From Macrostomum hystrix (taxonomy: Eukaryota > Animalia > Platyhelminthes): a stretch of 64,000 nucleotides of DNA. Where the stretch lies: the NCBI GenBank assembly GCA_950097015.1, contig CATNEN010000001.1, forward strand, positions 16,864,001 to 16,928,000. The letters run 5' to 3'. Position numbers and translations under genes: made by a program. The notes under the pieces are model-generated. The model saw only the letters and a program-made list of their open reading frames with translations, ran no database searches and was not told where the DNA came from. Within the stretch, counting starts at the first letter, position 1, and every line of letters begins with the position of its first letter. Shown in pieces: positions 36,661 to 50,600 of the stretch.

Positions 36661-39119
36661 CTAGCTTTTTTTTGCCCGTTGTTTTTGGGGCAGAAATTTA
36701 AAGCAAAGCAGTAAGCAATTCACGTCTCTGTATTAACTTTATAGTGAAGGTCACCATTTATTTATTTACTGCATTAATGAAAAGTGAAGAGTTTGTTTAA
36801 GTGCGTTTTAAGTAAAAAATAAGTGAAAAGTTTGTCCAAACAGCCCCCTCTTGATTACTTCTTTAGAAACATGTCTCTTAGCCACTCCTCTATACAGTCA
36901 GTGGCAGATCCAGGAAGCTTCCTTCTCGGACCATTAGCCTAAAGGCATAGAAGTCCATTGCTGACACATTCTTTGTCGCCGATGGGTTTCCAGTGCGAAT
37001 GTCAATTTGCCTGATGTTGATGTGGTACCCATCCTCTCCATCCCAGAAAATAAGCGGATACTGCAATGTATCATAGGCTTTGTGCAGCTCAGAAATCCTT
37101 TGCAACTGATTGCTTCGCAGCTGCAGAACAATGTCTCGCTTCTCAAATTCCTGCCCAACAATTTGAATTGCGACATCATTAACAACTGGTGCGTTATATC
37201 TCCTCTCATGCTGGCCTGCAGGCCGTTTATCAGCACGAATGACTACTCTGTGCTCCTCTGTGTCCCGTGGCAACCTCTCCATGGCAGTTTTAAATTGACG
37301 AACATAATTATTTTTCTCGTGCAGGACTTCCTGTAACTCAAATACAATGTTGGCACGCACTCCTGGAGCGATTCTACATCGGCGCTCAACCTGCTCTTGA
37401 TGATCTCCCATGAAGTAGATCTGCTGGAACTTTGGCTCCTCTCCAGGCAGTGGTAGCAATGATCCTGTCATGGTACACCTGACCTTGGACTTTGAATGCA
37501 GGCATGAACCCTGGCTCACGGACAATACTTTTAGCTCCAAAAGAAGTCATTTGAAAGCAGCTGTTGTAGCACCGGATATTAGACAGAAAGTGCTCAGATT
37601 CTTCTGTCTCACCCAGCAACAGATGCCGAAGGCATGGTGGCAGGTTCTCGTTCAAAGGTTCAAGTATGACCTTTCCGTTGGAACAGCACATGCCTGGAGT
37701 TTCGTTGGCCCATCTTAATGCATTGCAGCGTGCGCATTTGACCAACATTCTCGCCATCGCAAGTTTAGGATGGACACCATAGACAACAGTGGGATCATAA
37801 CTCAGAGCCGCATTCAGTGCCCAAGGACGTGGGCCAGCTGGCTGATCAGGTTCGTCAACGTTGGGGTTTGTTGGGGCCGGGGGTGGTCCAACAAATTGGA
37901 AGGTCTCAGCGCATTCCCTATGCCGCTCTCGATCATCCTGCCGACGCACTTCAGCCTGGTTGGCTGTTTCATTGCGACGGGCCTCGGCAGTCCGGTCTCT
38001 GTTCTGTTCTTGGCGCTGCTGTGTCTGGACTGCAGTCTCATTGCGATGGGCCTCGGCAGTCCGGTCTCTGTTCTGTTCTTGGCGCTGCTGTGTCTGGACT
38101 GCAGTCTCATTGCGACGGGCCTCGGCAGTTCGCTCTCTGTTAAGCTCTCGTCGCCTATCTACGTCTCTGCCGTGACTGGCTGTAGAACTTATTGCAGCTC
38201 CAGCACTGCTTCCACTGGTGCCTGATGTCTGTGCTCTTGTCCGAGGTCGAAGGTTATAGGGCTGGACTGGCTCAGCTTCATTTTCACTTGAAGCTGCTTG
38301 TGGCTGTGCTGAGGTGCTTGGTCTAGGTACTGCTGTTGTTGCGCCGTCTTCTACTGCATCGTTTGGCCTTGCTGTTGCTCGTCGAGCTGCTTTAGTCAAG
38401 CGACTTAAAAAACTTTTCTTAGGTGGCATCTGAAAGTTAGAAGTAGTCCGAATGACAGGGGACCTGTGTTGAAAAATCTTTCTCTTATCTTCAGTGGGAA
38501 AGGCTAAGCCTCTATTTTAGCAAAGCACTGTACGCCAGTGCTTTCTTTCTTTCTTCTATCCCAGGCTGGCTGTAGAGAAATATCGACTGGAGAGACAGTC
38601 TAGGGGTTTGGGCTGTGTACATTCACGGCTTGAAATACAATGTACAGTCTGGGGCTTCGGCGCCCGGGGAAGGGAGGGGGTGGCTGTAATAAAATTTGGC
38701 CCGCAGAGTGGCGGAGGGGAGTTGGGGTGGCTGTCCTCGGAAAACAAAAAGTGACTCACTTTGAGATGATGCAGCTTTGCTCTGGATTGAGTAGAGATGT
38801 TCAAAATTGACAGCATTGTTGGAAAACATGTAAAGTGTAAGTGGATCAAACTTGGAGAAAATCTGACAAAGTGGGGCGACGATATGTCGAATTGAGTGAT
38901 TTTTTGACGATTTTTGAGCAGTTTTTTGCACTTTTGAGCAGGAAGGAAATGACTTTTTGGGAATTTGAGTAGCCTATTGCACTCAGCGTAGGTGGTTTTA
39001 GGTATGTGCAAAGTTTGGTGCGATTTAGTTGAGCGGTTTCGGCGTCTATAAAGACAAAAGGTTGCACACACACACACACACACACAGACAGACAGAGTTT
39101 TCACTTTTATATATATAGA
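36661..39119 (-). mobile_element. Internally deleted Helitron retaining the N-terminal part of RepHel
   Basis: 5' A|TCTATATATATAAAA at 39119; 3' gccc..gggc hairpin then CTAG|T at 36661. ORFs contain CARCNALRWANETPGMCCSNGK, YNSCFQMTSFG, FKVQGQVYH, HERRYNAP and YDTLQYPLIFWDGEDGY. The Rep catalytic and helicase parts are absent. Confidence 0.9.
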
Positions 39120-39225
39120 TTAGTTTATCTACAGTATTAATCAGCATTTGGTTGAATAATTTGTTTAACATTTTAAAACTATATATATTCTAACTAACTT
39201 AGTCATGTAATTATTGTCACTCTCC

Positions 39226-41523
39226 AGTCACTCTCCACTCCACCCACTGAGAGTCACTCTCCACTCCACCCACTGAGAGTCACTCTCCACTCCACCCATT
39301 GAGAGTCACTCTCCACTCCACCCATTGAGAAACACTCTCCACTCCACCCATTGAGAGCCACTCTCCACTCCACCCATTGAGAGTCACTCTCCACTCCACC
39401 CATTGAGAGCCACTCTCCACTCCACCCATTGAGAGTCACTCTCCACTCCACCCACTGAGAGTCACTCTCCACTCCACCCACTGAGAGTCACTCTCCACTC
39501 CACCTACTGAGAGTCACTCTCCACTCCACCCATTGAGAGTCACTCTCCACTCCACCTACTGAGAGTCACTCTCCACTCCACCCACTGAGAGCCACTCTCC
39601 ACTGCACCCACTGAGAGTCACTCTCCACTCCACCTACTGAGAGTCACTCTCCACTCCACCCACTGAGAGTCACTCTCCACTCCACCCATTGAGAGTCACT
39701 CTCCACTCCACCTACTGAGAGTCACTCTCCACTCCACCCATTGAGAGTCACTCTCCACTCCACCCATTGAGAGTCACTCTCCACTCCACCTACTGAGAGT
39801 CACTCTCCACTCCACCCATTGAGAGTCACTCTCCACTCTACCGACTGAGAGTCACTCTCCACTCCACCCACTGAGAGTCACTCTCCACTCCACCCACTGA
39901 GAGTCACTCTCCACTCCACCCATTGAGAGTCACTCTCCACTCCACCTACTGAGAGTCACTCTCCACTCCACCTACTGAGAGTCACTCTCCACTCCACCCA
40001 CTGAGAGTCACTCTCCACTCCACCCATTGAGAGTCACTCTCCACTCCACCTACTGAGAGTCACTCTCCACTCCACCCATTGAGAGTCACTCTCCACTCCA
40101 CCTACTGAGAGTCACTCTCCACTCCACCCATTGAGAGTCACTCTCCACTCTACCGACTGAGAGTCACTCTCCACTCCACCCACTGAGAGTCACTCTCCAC
40201 TCCACCCACTGAGAGTCACTCTCCACTCCACCCACTGAGAGTCACTCTCCACTCCACCCACTGAGAGCCACTCTCCACTGCACCCACTGAGAGTCACTCT
40301 CCACTCCACCCACTGAGAGTCACTCTCCACTCCACCCATTGAGAGTCACTCTCCACTCCACCTACTGAGAGTCACTCTCCACTCCACCTACTGAGAGTCA
40401 CTCTCCACTCCACCCACTGAGAGTCACTCTCCACTCCACCCATTGAGAGTCACTCTCCACTCCACCTACTGAGAGTCACTCTCCACTCCACCCATTGAGA
40501 GTCACTCTCCACTCCACCTACTGAGAGTCACTCTCCACTCCACCCATTGAGAGTCACTCTCCACTCTACCGACTGAGAGTCACTCTCCACTCCACCCACT
40601 GAGAGTCACTCTCCACTCCACCCACTGAGAGTCACTCTCCACTCCACCCACTGAGAGTCACTCTCCACTCCACCCACTGAGAGCCACTCTCCACTGCACC
40701 CACTGAGAGTCACTCTCCACTCCACCCATTGAGAGTCACTCTCCACTCCACCCATTGAGAGTCACTCTCCACTCCACCTACTGAGAGTCACTCTCCACTC
40801 CACCCATTGAGAGTCACTCTCCACTCTACCGACTGAGAGTCACTCTCCACTCCACCCACTGAGAGTCACTCTCCACTCCACCCACTGAGAGTCACTCTCC
40901 ACTCCACCCACTGAGAGTCACTCTCCACTCCACCTACTGAGAGTCACTCTCCACTCCACCCATTGAGAGTCACTCTCCACTCCACCCATTGAGAGTCACT
41001 CTCCACTCCACCTACTGAGAGTCACTCTCCACTCCACCCATTGAGAGTCACTCTCCACTCTACCGACTGAGAGTCACTCTCCACTCCACCCACTGAGAGT
41101 CACTCTCCACTCCACCCACTGAGAGTCACTCTCCACTCCACCCATTGAGAGTCACTCTCCACTCCACCTACTGAGAGTCACTCTCCACTCCACCTACTGA
41201 GAGTCACTCTCCACTCCACCCACTGAGAGTCACTCTCCACTCCACCCACTGAGAGTCACTCTCCACTCCACCCACTGAGAGCCACTCTCCACTGCACCCA
41301 CTGAGAGTCACTCTCCACTCCACCCATTGAGAGTCACTCTCCACTCCACCCATTGAGAGTCACTCTCCACTCCACCTACTGAGAGTCACTCTCCACTCCA
41401 CCCATTGAGAGTCACTCTCCACTCTACCGACTGAGAGTCACTCTCCACTCCACCCACTGAGAGTCACTCTCCACTCCACCCACTGAGAGTCACTCTCCAC
41501 TCCACCCACTGAGAGTCACTCTC
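39226..41523. repeat. 26-bp minisatellite (tcactctccactccacccactgagag)
   Basis: About 88 tandem units with recurring variant order. Confidence 0.95.
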
Positions 41524-41892
41524 TTCACTTTAAAATCTGAGAATCAGTCTTATCTATACTCGACCCTCTGAGAGTGACTTCTCCCTACTCTTAGACATGA
41601 GCTCCAGTTAGGCAGGAAGTATGATATTCAATCAGACTTACGTAAATTTTTGTCTCTACTAACTAAAAAACCTGGCTAGCTGAATGTTAAGCTGCTACTT
41701 CCGGACTGTTGCAGCTCTCTGAAGAGTCAACACGAAATTAATAAAAAGAAGAGAAGGGAATCCTAGGAAAGAGAGACGGAAAAGGGATCTTAAAAAGGGA
41801 TCTGAATATTTTAAGACGTCATTCTGGCTCGCCAAGGACGAAAACACGATCGAGCTAACCCAGCGACCTATTCAAAGCGATCGAAATTAATC

Positions 41893-43788
41893 ATGGCGGC
41901 TTCTACTGGACTGGCCAGTCTCATACTGATTATCCTGCTGAGCAGTCTATGGTCCAGCTCCATGCTTGTCGCTGTTAGCGGATGTCCAGACGTGAACACT
42001 TATCAGAGTCCTCAGCTACTTGAGGTTTCTCAAATGAGACTGTTGCGTAATCTGTCTACAAGAGAACGACTAATTCAACTGGCTCAACCCTTGTTAGTGG
42101 AACGACCCGTCGGCTCGAAGAATCACGACTCTGTGCGAGACTATCTGGCGAATAAGATGCGCCAACTGGGCTGGACTGTCAGTCTTGACAGTTTTCAACA
42201 GGACACGGTTGACGGGTTGCACCGGTTTGACAACATCATAGCCACACTGCGGCCTGATGCGCCTAGAAAGCTCATACTGGCTGCTCACTACGAGTCTAAA
42301 AAGATGCCCGGCTTCATCGGAGCAGTAGATTCTGCGGTGCCCTGCGCTATGTTGCTGCAGCTGGCCGAGGCTTTGACACCTCAGCTTCGTCGCAATGATT
42401 CTAGAGTATCCAAGGAGCTCAGCCTCCAGATTGTGTTCTTCGATGGCGAAGAGGCGTTTGACACTTGGACTAGTACGGATTCGCTCTATGGGGCCCGGCA
42501 CTTGGCTGCCAGGTCTGCAACACTACTTGCTTTGGGACAAAGGGAGAGAGAGGTAGATAGACAGGGACGGGGAGAGATTAGACACAGAGGAGTTGAGACA
42601 ACAGGGAATAGATGAAGCAATGTAGGCCAATAAAGACGTGAGGCTTATCGTAATCGTAATATCATCGTAACGACAGTTCGCAACAGACGTGAATTAAACA
42701 TTATCCGAATAACCCAGATGGTCCACCGAAACTGGCACATCGCCTAGCTGCACTGTGCTCAAAGAGATCGACTCGCTGGTTCTGCTCGATCTGATTGGCT
42801 ACAAAAATCCTAGATTCGCTTATCTATCGCATGGCAGCAGCAACGATGCCCTCGTGGCCAAGGAGAAGGCCATGTTCTCAGGCCTGGTGTCGGCTGAGAC
42901 TCGCTTGAGAAACGCCGGCCAATTGGCCGACTCGCGCGGGGCCGCCTTCTTTCAGTCGACGATTTTATACGGCCAGATTGAAGACGATCACATTCCATTC
43001 AGGCAGCGCAGCGTGCCGATTGTACACCTCATTGCTACCCCCTTTCCGCCTGTGTGGCACAACCTGCAGGACAATGCCGACAATATTGATTGGGAACAGA
43101 CTGGTGAGAACTGTGGGATGTGATTCATTTATAATCTGTCTTATCTCTCCTCTAGGAGTCATCTCTCCCATGTCTCCCCTATATTATCTTTCTTCTGTCT
43201 CATCCCTCGCCTAAGTCGCATCACTCCCGTGTTTCATCTCTCCCCTGTCTCATCTCTCCTGTGTCTCCCACTAACTCATCTCTCCCGTGTCTCATCCCAC
43301 TCTCAAGTCCCATCTCTCCCGTGTCTAATCCTACTCTCAAGTCCCATCTCTCCCGTGTCTCATCCCACTCTCAAGTCCCATCTCTCCCGTGTCTCATCCC
43401 ACTCTCAAGTCCCATCTCTCCCGTGTCTAATCCTACTCTCAAGTCCCATCTCTCCCGTGTCTTATCCCACTCTCAAGTCCCATCTCTACCGTGTCTCATC
43501 CTACTCTCAAGTCCCATCTCTCCCGTGTCTCATCCCACTCTCAAGTCCCATCTCTTCCGTGTCTCATCCGACTCTTAAGTCTGATCTCTCGAGTCCTCGA
43601 ATATTTAGTTTCTCCTCAAATGAGTCATGTCACTCACAAAGTACAATTTCATGCAGCACAGTTGCTACTTTACAATGAGCTGTTCTCTCTTCACTTGAGG
43701 TGCCATCGGTGCTGTTGTGCAATTGTGGACAGCTGAACTGCTGGGAGTGAACCCGGTGTCCGGTGGTTCTGGCGGCGCTGAATTGTGA
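41893..43788 (+). CDS. QPCT: Glutaminyl-peptide cyclotransferase (M28 family), 3 exons, about 364 aa
   Basis: Exons 41893-42512, 42718-43103 and 43700-43788. Signal peptide, ERPVGS, LAAHYESK, FIGAVDSAVPCAML, FFDGEEAF, DSLYGARHLA, LLDLIG, IEDDHIPF, PFPPVWH. The exon 3 acceptor (GAG) is less certain. Confidence 0.9.
43235..43575. repeat. 34-bp intronic tandem repeat (catctctcccgtgtctcatcccactctcaagtcc)
   Basis: Tandem units within intron 2 of the glutaminyl cyclase gene. Confidence 0.9.
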
Positions 43789-44619
43789 CTAGAGGCCACC
43801 AGTAGCCTGCCAGTTGTCGATAATCCGGCTGAGACTAAGTCCGCTCAGCCGAGTGCTTTGAAACTGCTGCCAAAACTGGTTGAGCCAGCTGTGGCTGTGC
43901 TGCTGGATGCCCTGATTAGAGCTATTGTTGCTCATTAAAACTTTGTTGACTGACTCGCCAAGTTAAATAAATGTAAAATTTGCCGGATTTTATTTTTGTT
44001 TTAGTTTTTTTAATTATATAAACAAATCTAAATTGCAATTGTTGTATACAGATTCTGTAGGGTAGGGTCAGTGTTGTAAAGTATACGCTAAATGTGGTAG
44101 AATTCCATGTTTTGGCAAGCGGAAGTTAAGAAGAAAAATCTGAATTAAATCAGCGTGTGAATTGCCAATCTGCATATATCTTGGTGCCCATACGAGGGCA
44201 GATAAAACTGTGTATATTGTTCTGCAGCTTTTAGTTTTGAGTAACTATTTAAGTGCAAGGCATGCAAAATTGACTTGTACTCGTACGAGTAGAAACTAGA
44301 CTACTAGAACTTTAAATAGGTAAATCTGTATTTCTGAGTTTTTTAGCTGAACTCGAGTATCTTTTAAAATTTCATTTATCGCCGGCTTTTGTCGTAAACA
44401 TCATTGTCGTTACACATTTTAGATAGGCCTATTTTATCTGAGGCTTTTACTGACTTCTTTACACTTCTGTGTCTGTGTCATATCAAATGTCGCATACTTG
44501 AATCGACATAGAGTTTATAGAGTTTGCCTTTTTCACTGACACAATCAGATTAAAAACAATCCCATTGATGCAATTTCAGAATGTAAATACCCTATATGTG
44601 ATATTTGGAAAATCAAAAT

Positions 44620-46965
44620 AAGATTTTAAGAAGCCATCCCATGGGGAAGATTTTGAAAAGCCATCCCATGGGGAAGATTTTGAAAAGCCATCCCATGGGG
44701 AAGATTTTGAAAAGCCATCCCATGGGGAAGATTTTGAAAAGCCATCCCATGGGGAAGATTTTGAGAAGCTATCCCATGGGGAAGATTTTGAGAAGCCATC
44801 CCATTGGGGAAGATTTTGAAAAGCCATCCCATGGGGAAGATTTTGAAAAGCCATCCCATGGGGAAGATTTTGAAAAGCCATCCCATGGGGAAGATTTTGA
44901 AAAGCCATCCCATGGGGAAGATTTTGAAAAGCCATCCCATGGGGAAGATTTTGAAAAGCCATCCCATTGGGGAAGATTTTGAGAAGCCATCCCATGGGGA
45001 AGATTTTGAAAAGCCATCCCATAGGGAAGATTTTGAAAAGCCATCCCATGGGGAAGATTTTAAGAAGCCATCCCATGGGGGAGATTTTGAGAAGCCATCC
45101 CATGGGGGAGATTTTGAGAAGCCATCCCATGGGTAAGATTTTAAGAAGCCATCCCATGGGGGAGATTTTGAGAAGCCATCCCATGGGGAAGATTTTGAGA
45201 AGCTATCCCATGGGGAAGATTTTGAAAAGCCATCCCATAGGGAAGATTTTGAAAAGCCATCCCATAGGGAAGATTTTGAAAAGCTATCCCATGGGGAAGA
45301 TTTTGAAAAGCCATCCCATGGGGGAGATTTTGAGAAGCCATCCCATGGGGAAGATTTTAAGAAGCCATCCCATGGGGAAGATTTTAAGAAGCCATCCCAT
45401 GGGGAAGATTTTGAAAAGCTATCCCATGGGGAAGATTTTGAAAAGCTATCCCATGGGGAAGATTTTGAAAGGCCATCCCATGGGGGAGATTTTGAAAAGC
45501 CATCCCATGGGGGAGATTTTGAAAAGCCATCCCATGGGGAAGATTTTGAAAAGCCATCCCATGGGGAAGATTTTGAAAAGCCATCCCATGGGGAAGATTT
45601 TGAAAAGCTATCCCATGGGGAAGATTTTGAAAAGCCATCCCATAGGGAAGATTTTGAAAAGCCATCCCATGGGGAAGATTTTAAGAAGCCATCCCATGGG
45701 GGAGATTTTGAGAAGCCATCCCATGGGGGAGATTTTGAGAAGCCATCCCATGGGTAAGATTTTAAGAAGCCATCCCATGGGGGAGATTTTGAGAAGCCAT
45801 CCCATGGGGAAGATTTTGAGAAGCTATCCCATGGGGAAGATTTTGAAAAGCCATCCCATAGGGAAGATTTTGAAAAGCCATCCCATAGGGAAGATTTTGA
45901 AAAGCCATCCCATGGGGAAGATTTTAAGAAGCCATCCCATGGGGAAGATTTTAAGAAGCCATCCCATGGGGAAGATTTTGAAAAGCTATCCCATGGGGAA
46001 GATTTTGAAAAGCTATCCCATGGGGAAGATTTTGAAAGGCCATCCCATGGGGGAGATTTTGAAAAGCCATCCCATGGGGGAGATTTTGAAAAGCCATCCC
46101 ATAGGGAAGATTTTGAAAAGCCATCCCATAGGGAAGATTTTGAAAAGCCATCCCATGGGGAAGATTTTAAGAAGCCATCCCATGGGGGAGATTTTAAGAA
46201 GCCATCCCATGGGGAAGATTTTGAGAAGCCATCCCATTGGGGAAGATTTTGAAAAGCCATCCCATGGGGGAGATTTTGAAAAGCTATCCCATGGGGAAGA
46301 TTTTGAAAGGCCATCCCATGGGGGAGATTTTGAAAAGCCATCCCATGGGGGAGATTTTGAAAAGCTATCCCATGGGGAAGATTTTGAAAGGCCATCCCAT
46401 GGGGGAGATTTTGAAAAGCCATCCCATGGGGGAGATTTTGAAAGGCCATCCCATGGGGGAGATTTTGAAAAGCCATCCCATGGGGGAGATTTTGAAAAGC
46501 TATCCCATGGGGAAGATTTTGAAAAGCCATCCCATGGGGGAGATTTTGAAAAGCCATCCCATAGGGAAGATTTTGAAAAGCCATCCCATAGGGAAGATTT
46601 TGAAAAGCCATCCCATGGGGGAGATTTTGAGAAGCCATCCCATGGGGGAGATTTTGAGAAGCCATCCCATGGGGAAGATTTTGAAAAGCCATCCCTTGGG
46701 GGGGAGATTTTGAGACGCTATCTTATGGGGGAGATTTTGAGACGCTATCTTATGGGGGAGATTTTGAGACGCTATCTTATGGGGGAGATTTTGAGTGGCA
46801 AGTGAGATTTCGAAAAGATTTTGAGAAGCAATTCGATGGGGAAGATTTTGAGAACCCATCCTACGGCGGGAGATTTTGAGAATTTATTAGGTGGGTGAGA
46901 TTTTGAGAATCAATTCGATGGGGAAGATTTTGAGAATTTATTAGGTGGGTGAGATTTTGAGAAGC
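44620..46965. repeat. 27-bp minisatellite (atggggaagattttgaaaagccatccc)
   Basis: Long array that degenerates at its right end; it explains the 9-aa-periodic ORFs. Confidence 0.95.
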
Positions 46966-47399
46966 TATAACTTAAAGATATTTGAGACCCAATGTCAAAA
47001 TATTTGGTCACATACTACACGCAAAGTTCTTACCCTTTTTGTATTTATTAGAAATACAAGTTTTTGTGTAACATTTTTACAAGTCGCCAAGGGTGCTTTA
47101 TGCACTTTAAATTCACACATACGCAGTAAAAATTAGTAAACAGTTTATAATCTAATTTGCCTATGTACGCTTCTGCTTTTATTGACATATTTAATTGGTT
47201 ATTTAGTTTCTTTGTTTTTTACAGATTTTGGAGATGTTTTCAATATGAAAATACAAGTTCTAACTAATAGTAACTGTAACAGATTTCATTTATATCAATG
47301 ATATAATATAACTTATAACTTATAACTTATTTCACTTATATCAATGCTTGGCTGATTTTCTAGTCACTTGCCGCGATCCAACGCTCGTTCTTTGGAGAA

Positions 47400-47632
47400 A
47401 CGTAGTTAACACGTTTGCCTCTCGTACCAAGGTCCCTGAGCTCGATTCCGCAACGAAGCACAGGCATTTGGGGTATGCTGTGTACAGCATTTACACCCTT
47501 GAGGGCCCAATTCCTCACTTTGAGTACACAGTGAGAGAGTAAACTGCGTGAGAAAGTCAGGGCCAGATGTACAAACCTGTTCACGGTATCTGTGTGCGTG
47601 TGTGCTCAGGAGTCAACGGAATGGGCAGAATT
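47400..47632 (+). mobile_element. Degenerate SINE family 2 copy
   Basis: Matches the 28944 SINE (gagaaagtcagggc-agatgtac, gtgtgtgctcaggagtca). Confidence 0.7.
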
Positions 47633-47663
47633 TAGCTATTCTAGCTAAATTCTAGCTAGATGC

Positions 47664-50600
47664 TAGCTATGGTTCTTTGCTGCGATTCTAGCTATGGCTC
47701 TTTGCTGCGATTCTAGCTATGGTTCTTTGCTGCGATTCTAGCTATGGCTCTTTGCTGCGATTCTAGCTATGGTTCTTTGCTGCGATTCTAGCTATGGTTC
47801 TTTGCTGCGATTCTAGCTATGGTTCTTTGCTGCGATTCTAGCTATGGCTATTTGCTGCGATTCTAGCTATGGCACGCGATTCTAGCTATGGCTATTTGCT
47901 GTGATTCTAGCTATGGCACGCGATTCTAGCTATGGCTATTTGCTTCGATTCTAGCTATGGCACGCGATTCTAGCTATGGCTATTTGCTGCGATTCTAGCT
48001 ATGGCTATTTGCTTCGATTCTAGCTATGGCACGCGATTCTAGCTATGGCACGCGATTCTAGCTATGGTTCTTGGCTGCGATGCTAGCTATTGTTCTTTGC
48101 TGCGATTCTAGCTATGGTTCTTTGCTGCGATTCTAGCTATGGCTATTTGCTTCGATTCTAGCTATGGCACGCGATTCTAGCTATGGCTATTTGCTGCGAT
48201 TCTAGCTATGGCTATTTGCTTCGATTCTAGCTATGGCACGCGATTCTAGCTATGGCTATTTGCTGCGATTCTAGCTATGGCTATTTGCTTCGATTCTAGC
48301 TATGGCACGCGATTCTAGCTATGGCACGCGATTCTAGCTATGGTTCTTGGCTGCGATGCTAGCTATTGTTCTTTGCTGCGATTCTAGCTATGGTTCTTTG
48401 CTGCGATTCTAGCTATGGCTATTTGCTGTGATTCTAGCTATGGTTCTTTGCTGCGATTCTAGCTATGGTTCTTTGCTGCGATTCTAGCTATGGTTCTTTG
48501 CTGCGATTCTAGCTATGGTTCTTTGCTGCGATTCTAGCTATGGTTCTTTGCTGCGATTCTAGCTATGGTTCTTTGCTGCGATTCTAGCTATGGTTCTTTG
48601 CTGTGATTCTAGCTATGGTTCTTTGCTGCGATTCTAGCTATGGTTCTTTGCTGCGATTCTAGCTATGGCACGCGATTCTAGCTATGGCTATTTGCTGCGA
48701 TTCTAGCTATGGTTCTTGGCTGCGATGCTAGCTATTGTTCTTTGCTGCGATTCTAGCTATGGTTCTTTGCTGCGATTCTAGCTATGGCTATTTGCTTCGA
48801 TTCTAGCTATGGCACGCGATTCTAGCTATGGTTCTTGGCTGCGATGCTAGCTATTGTTCTTTGCTGCGATTCTAGCTATGGTTCTTTGCTGCGATTCTAG
48901 CTATGGCTATTTGCTGTGATTCTAGCTATGGTTCTTTGCTGCGATTCTAGCTATGGTTCTTTGCTGCGATTCTAGCTATGGTTCTTTGCTGCGATTCTAG
49001 CTATGGTTCTTTGCTGCGATTCTAGCTATGGTTCTTTGCTGCGATTCTAGCTATGGTTCTTTGCTGCGATTCTAGCTATGGTTATTTGCTTCGAGTCTAG
49101 CTATGGTTCTTTGCTGCGATTCTAGCTATGGCACGCGATTCTAGCTATGGCTATTTGCTGCGATTCTAGCTATGGTTCTTGGCTGCGATGCTAGCTATTG
49201 TTCTTTGCTGCGATTCTAGCTATGGTTCTTTGCTGCGATTCTAGCTATGGCTATTTGCTGTGATTCTAGCTATGGTTCTTTGCTGCGATTCTAGCTATGG
49301 TTCTTTGCTGCGATTCTAGCTATGGTTCTTTGCTGCGATTCTAGCTATGGTTCTTTGCTGCGATTCTAGCTATGGTTCTTTGCTGCGATTCTAGCTATGG
49401 TTATTTGCTTCGATTCTAGCTATGGTTCTTTGCTGCGATTCTAGCTATGGTTCTTTGCTGCGATTCTAGCTATGGCACGCGATTCTAGCTATGGCTATTT
49501 GCTGCGATTCTAGCTATGGCACGCGATTCTAGCTATGGTTCTTTGCTGCGATTCTAGCTATGGCTCTTTGCTGCGATTCTAGCTATGGTTCTTTGCTGCG
49601 ATTCTAGCTATGGTTCTTTGCTGCGATGCTAGCTATGGTTCTTTGCTGCGATTCTAGCTATGGTTCTTTGCTGCGATTCTAGCTATGGTTCTTTGCTGCG
49701 ATTCTAGCTATGGTTCTTTGCTGCGATTCTAGCTATGGTTCTTTGCTGCGATTCTAGCTATGGTTATTTGCTTCGATTCTAGCTATGGTTCTTTGCTTCG
49801 ATTCTAGCTATGGCTATTTGCTGCGATTCTAGCTATGGCACGCGATTCTAGCTATGGTTCTTTGCTGCGATTCTAGCTATGGCTATTTGCTGCGATTCTA
49901 GCTATGGTTCTTTGCTGCGATTCTAGCTATGGTTCTTTGCTGCGATTCTAGCTATGGTTCTTGGCTGCCATTCTAGCTATGGTTCTTTGCTGCGATGCTA
50001 GCTATGGTTATTTGCTGCGATTCTAGCTATGGTTCTGTGCTGCGATTCTAGCTATGGTTCTTTGCTGCGATTCTAGCTATGGTTCTTTGCTGCGATTCTA
50101 GCTATGGTTCTTTGCTGCGATTCTAGCTATGGTTATTTGCTTCGATTCTAGCTATGGTTCTTTGCTTCGATTCTAGCTATGGCTATTTGCTGCGATTCTA
50201 GCTATGGCACGCGATTCTAGCTATGGTTCTTTGCTGCGATTCTAGCTATGGCTATTTGCTGCGATTCTAGCTATGGTTCTTTGCTGCGATTCTAGCTATG
50301 GTTCTTTGCTGCGATTCTAGCTATGGTTCTTTGCTGCGATTCTAGCTATGGTTCTTTGCTGCGATTCTAGCTATGGTTATTTGCTTCGATTCTAGCTATG
50401 GTTCTTTGCTTCGATTCTAGCTATGGTTCTTTGCTGCGATTCTAGCTATGGTTCTTTGCTGCGATTCTAGCTATGGCTCTTTGCTGCGATTCTAGCTATG
50501 GTTCTTTGCTGCGATTCTAGCTATGGCTCTTTGCTGCGATTCTAGCTATGGTTCTTTGCTGCGATTCTAGCTATGGTTCTTTGCTGCGATTCTAGCTATG

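Noticed and set aside
44576-46859. Long periodic ORFs (up to 688 aa), also at 33120-33515 and 62985-63808
   Set aside because: Artefacts of minisatellites with unit length divisible by 3; open in several frames on both strands.
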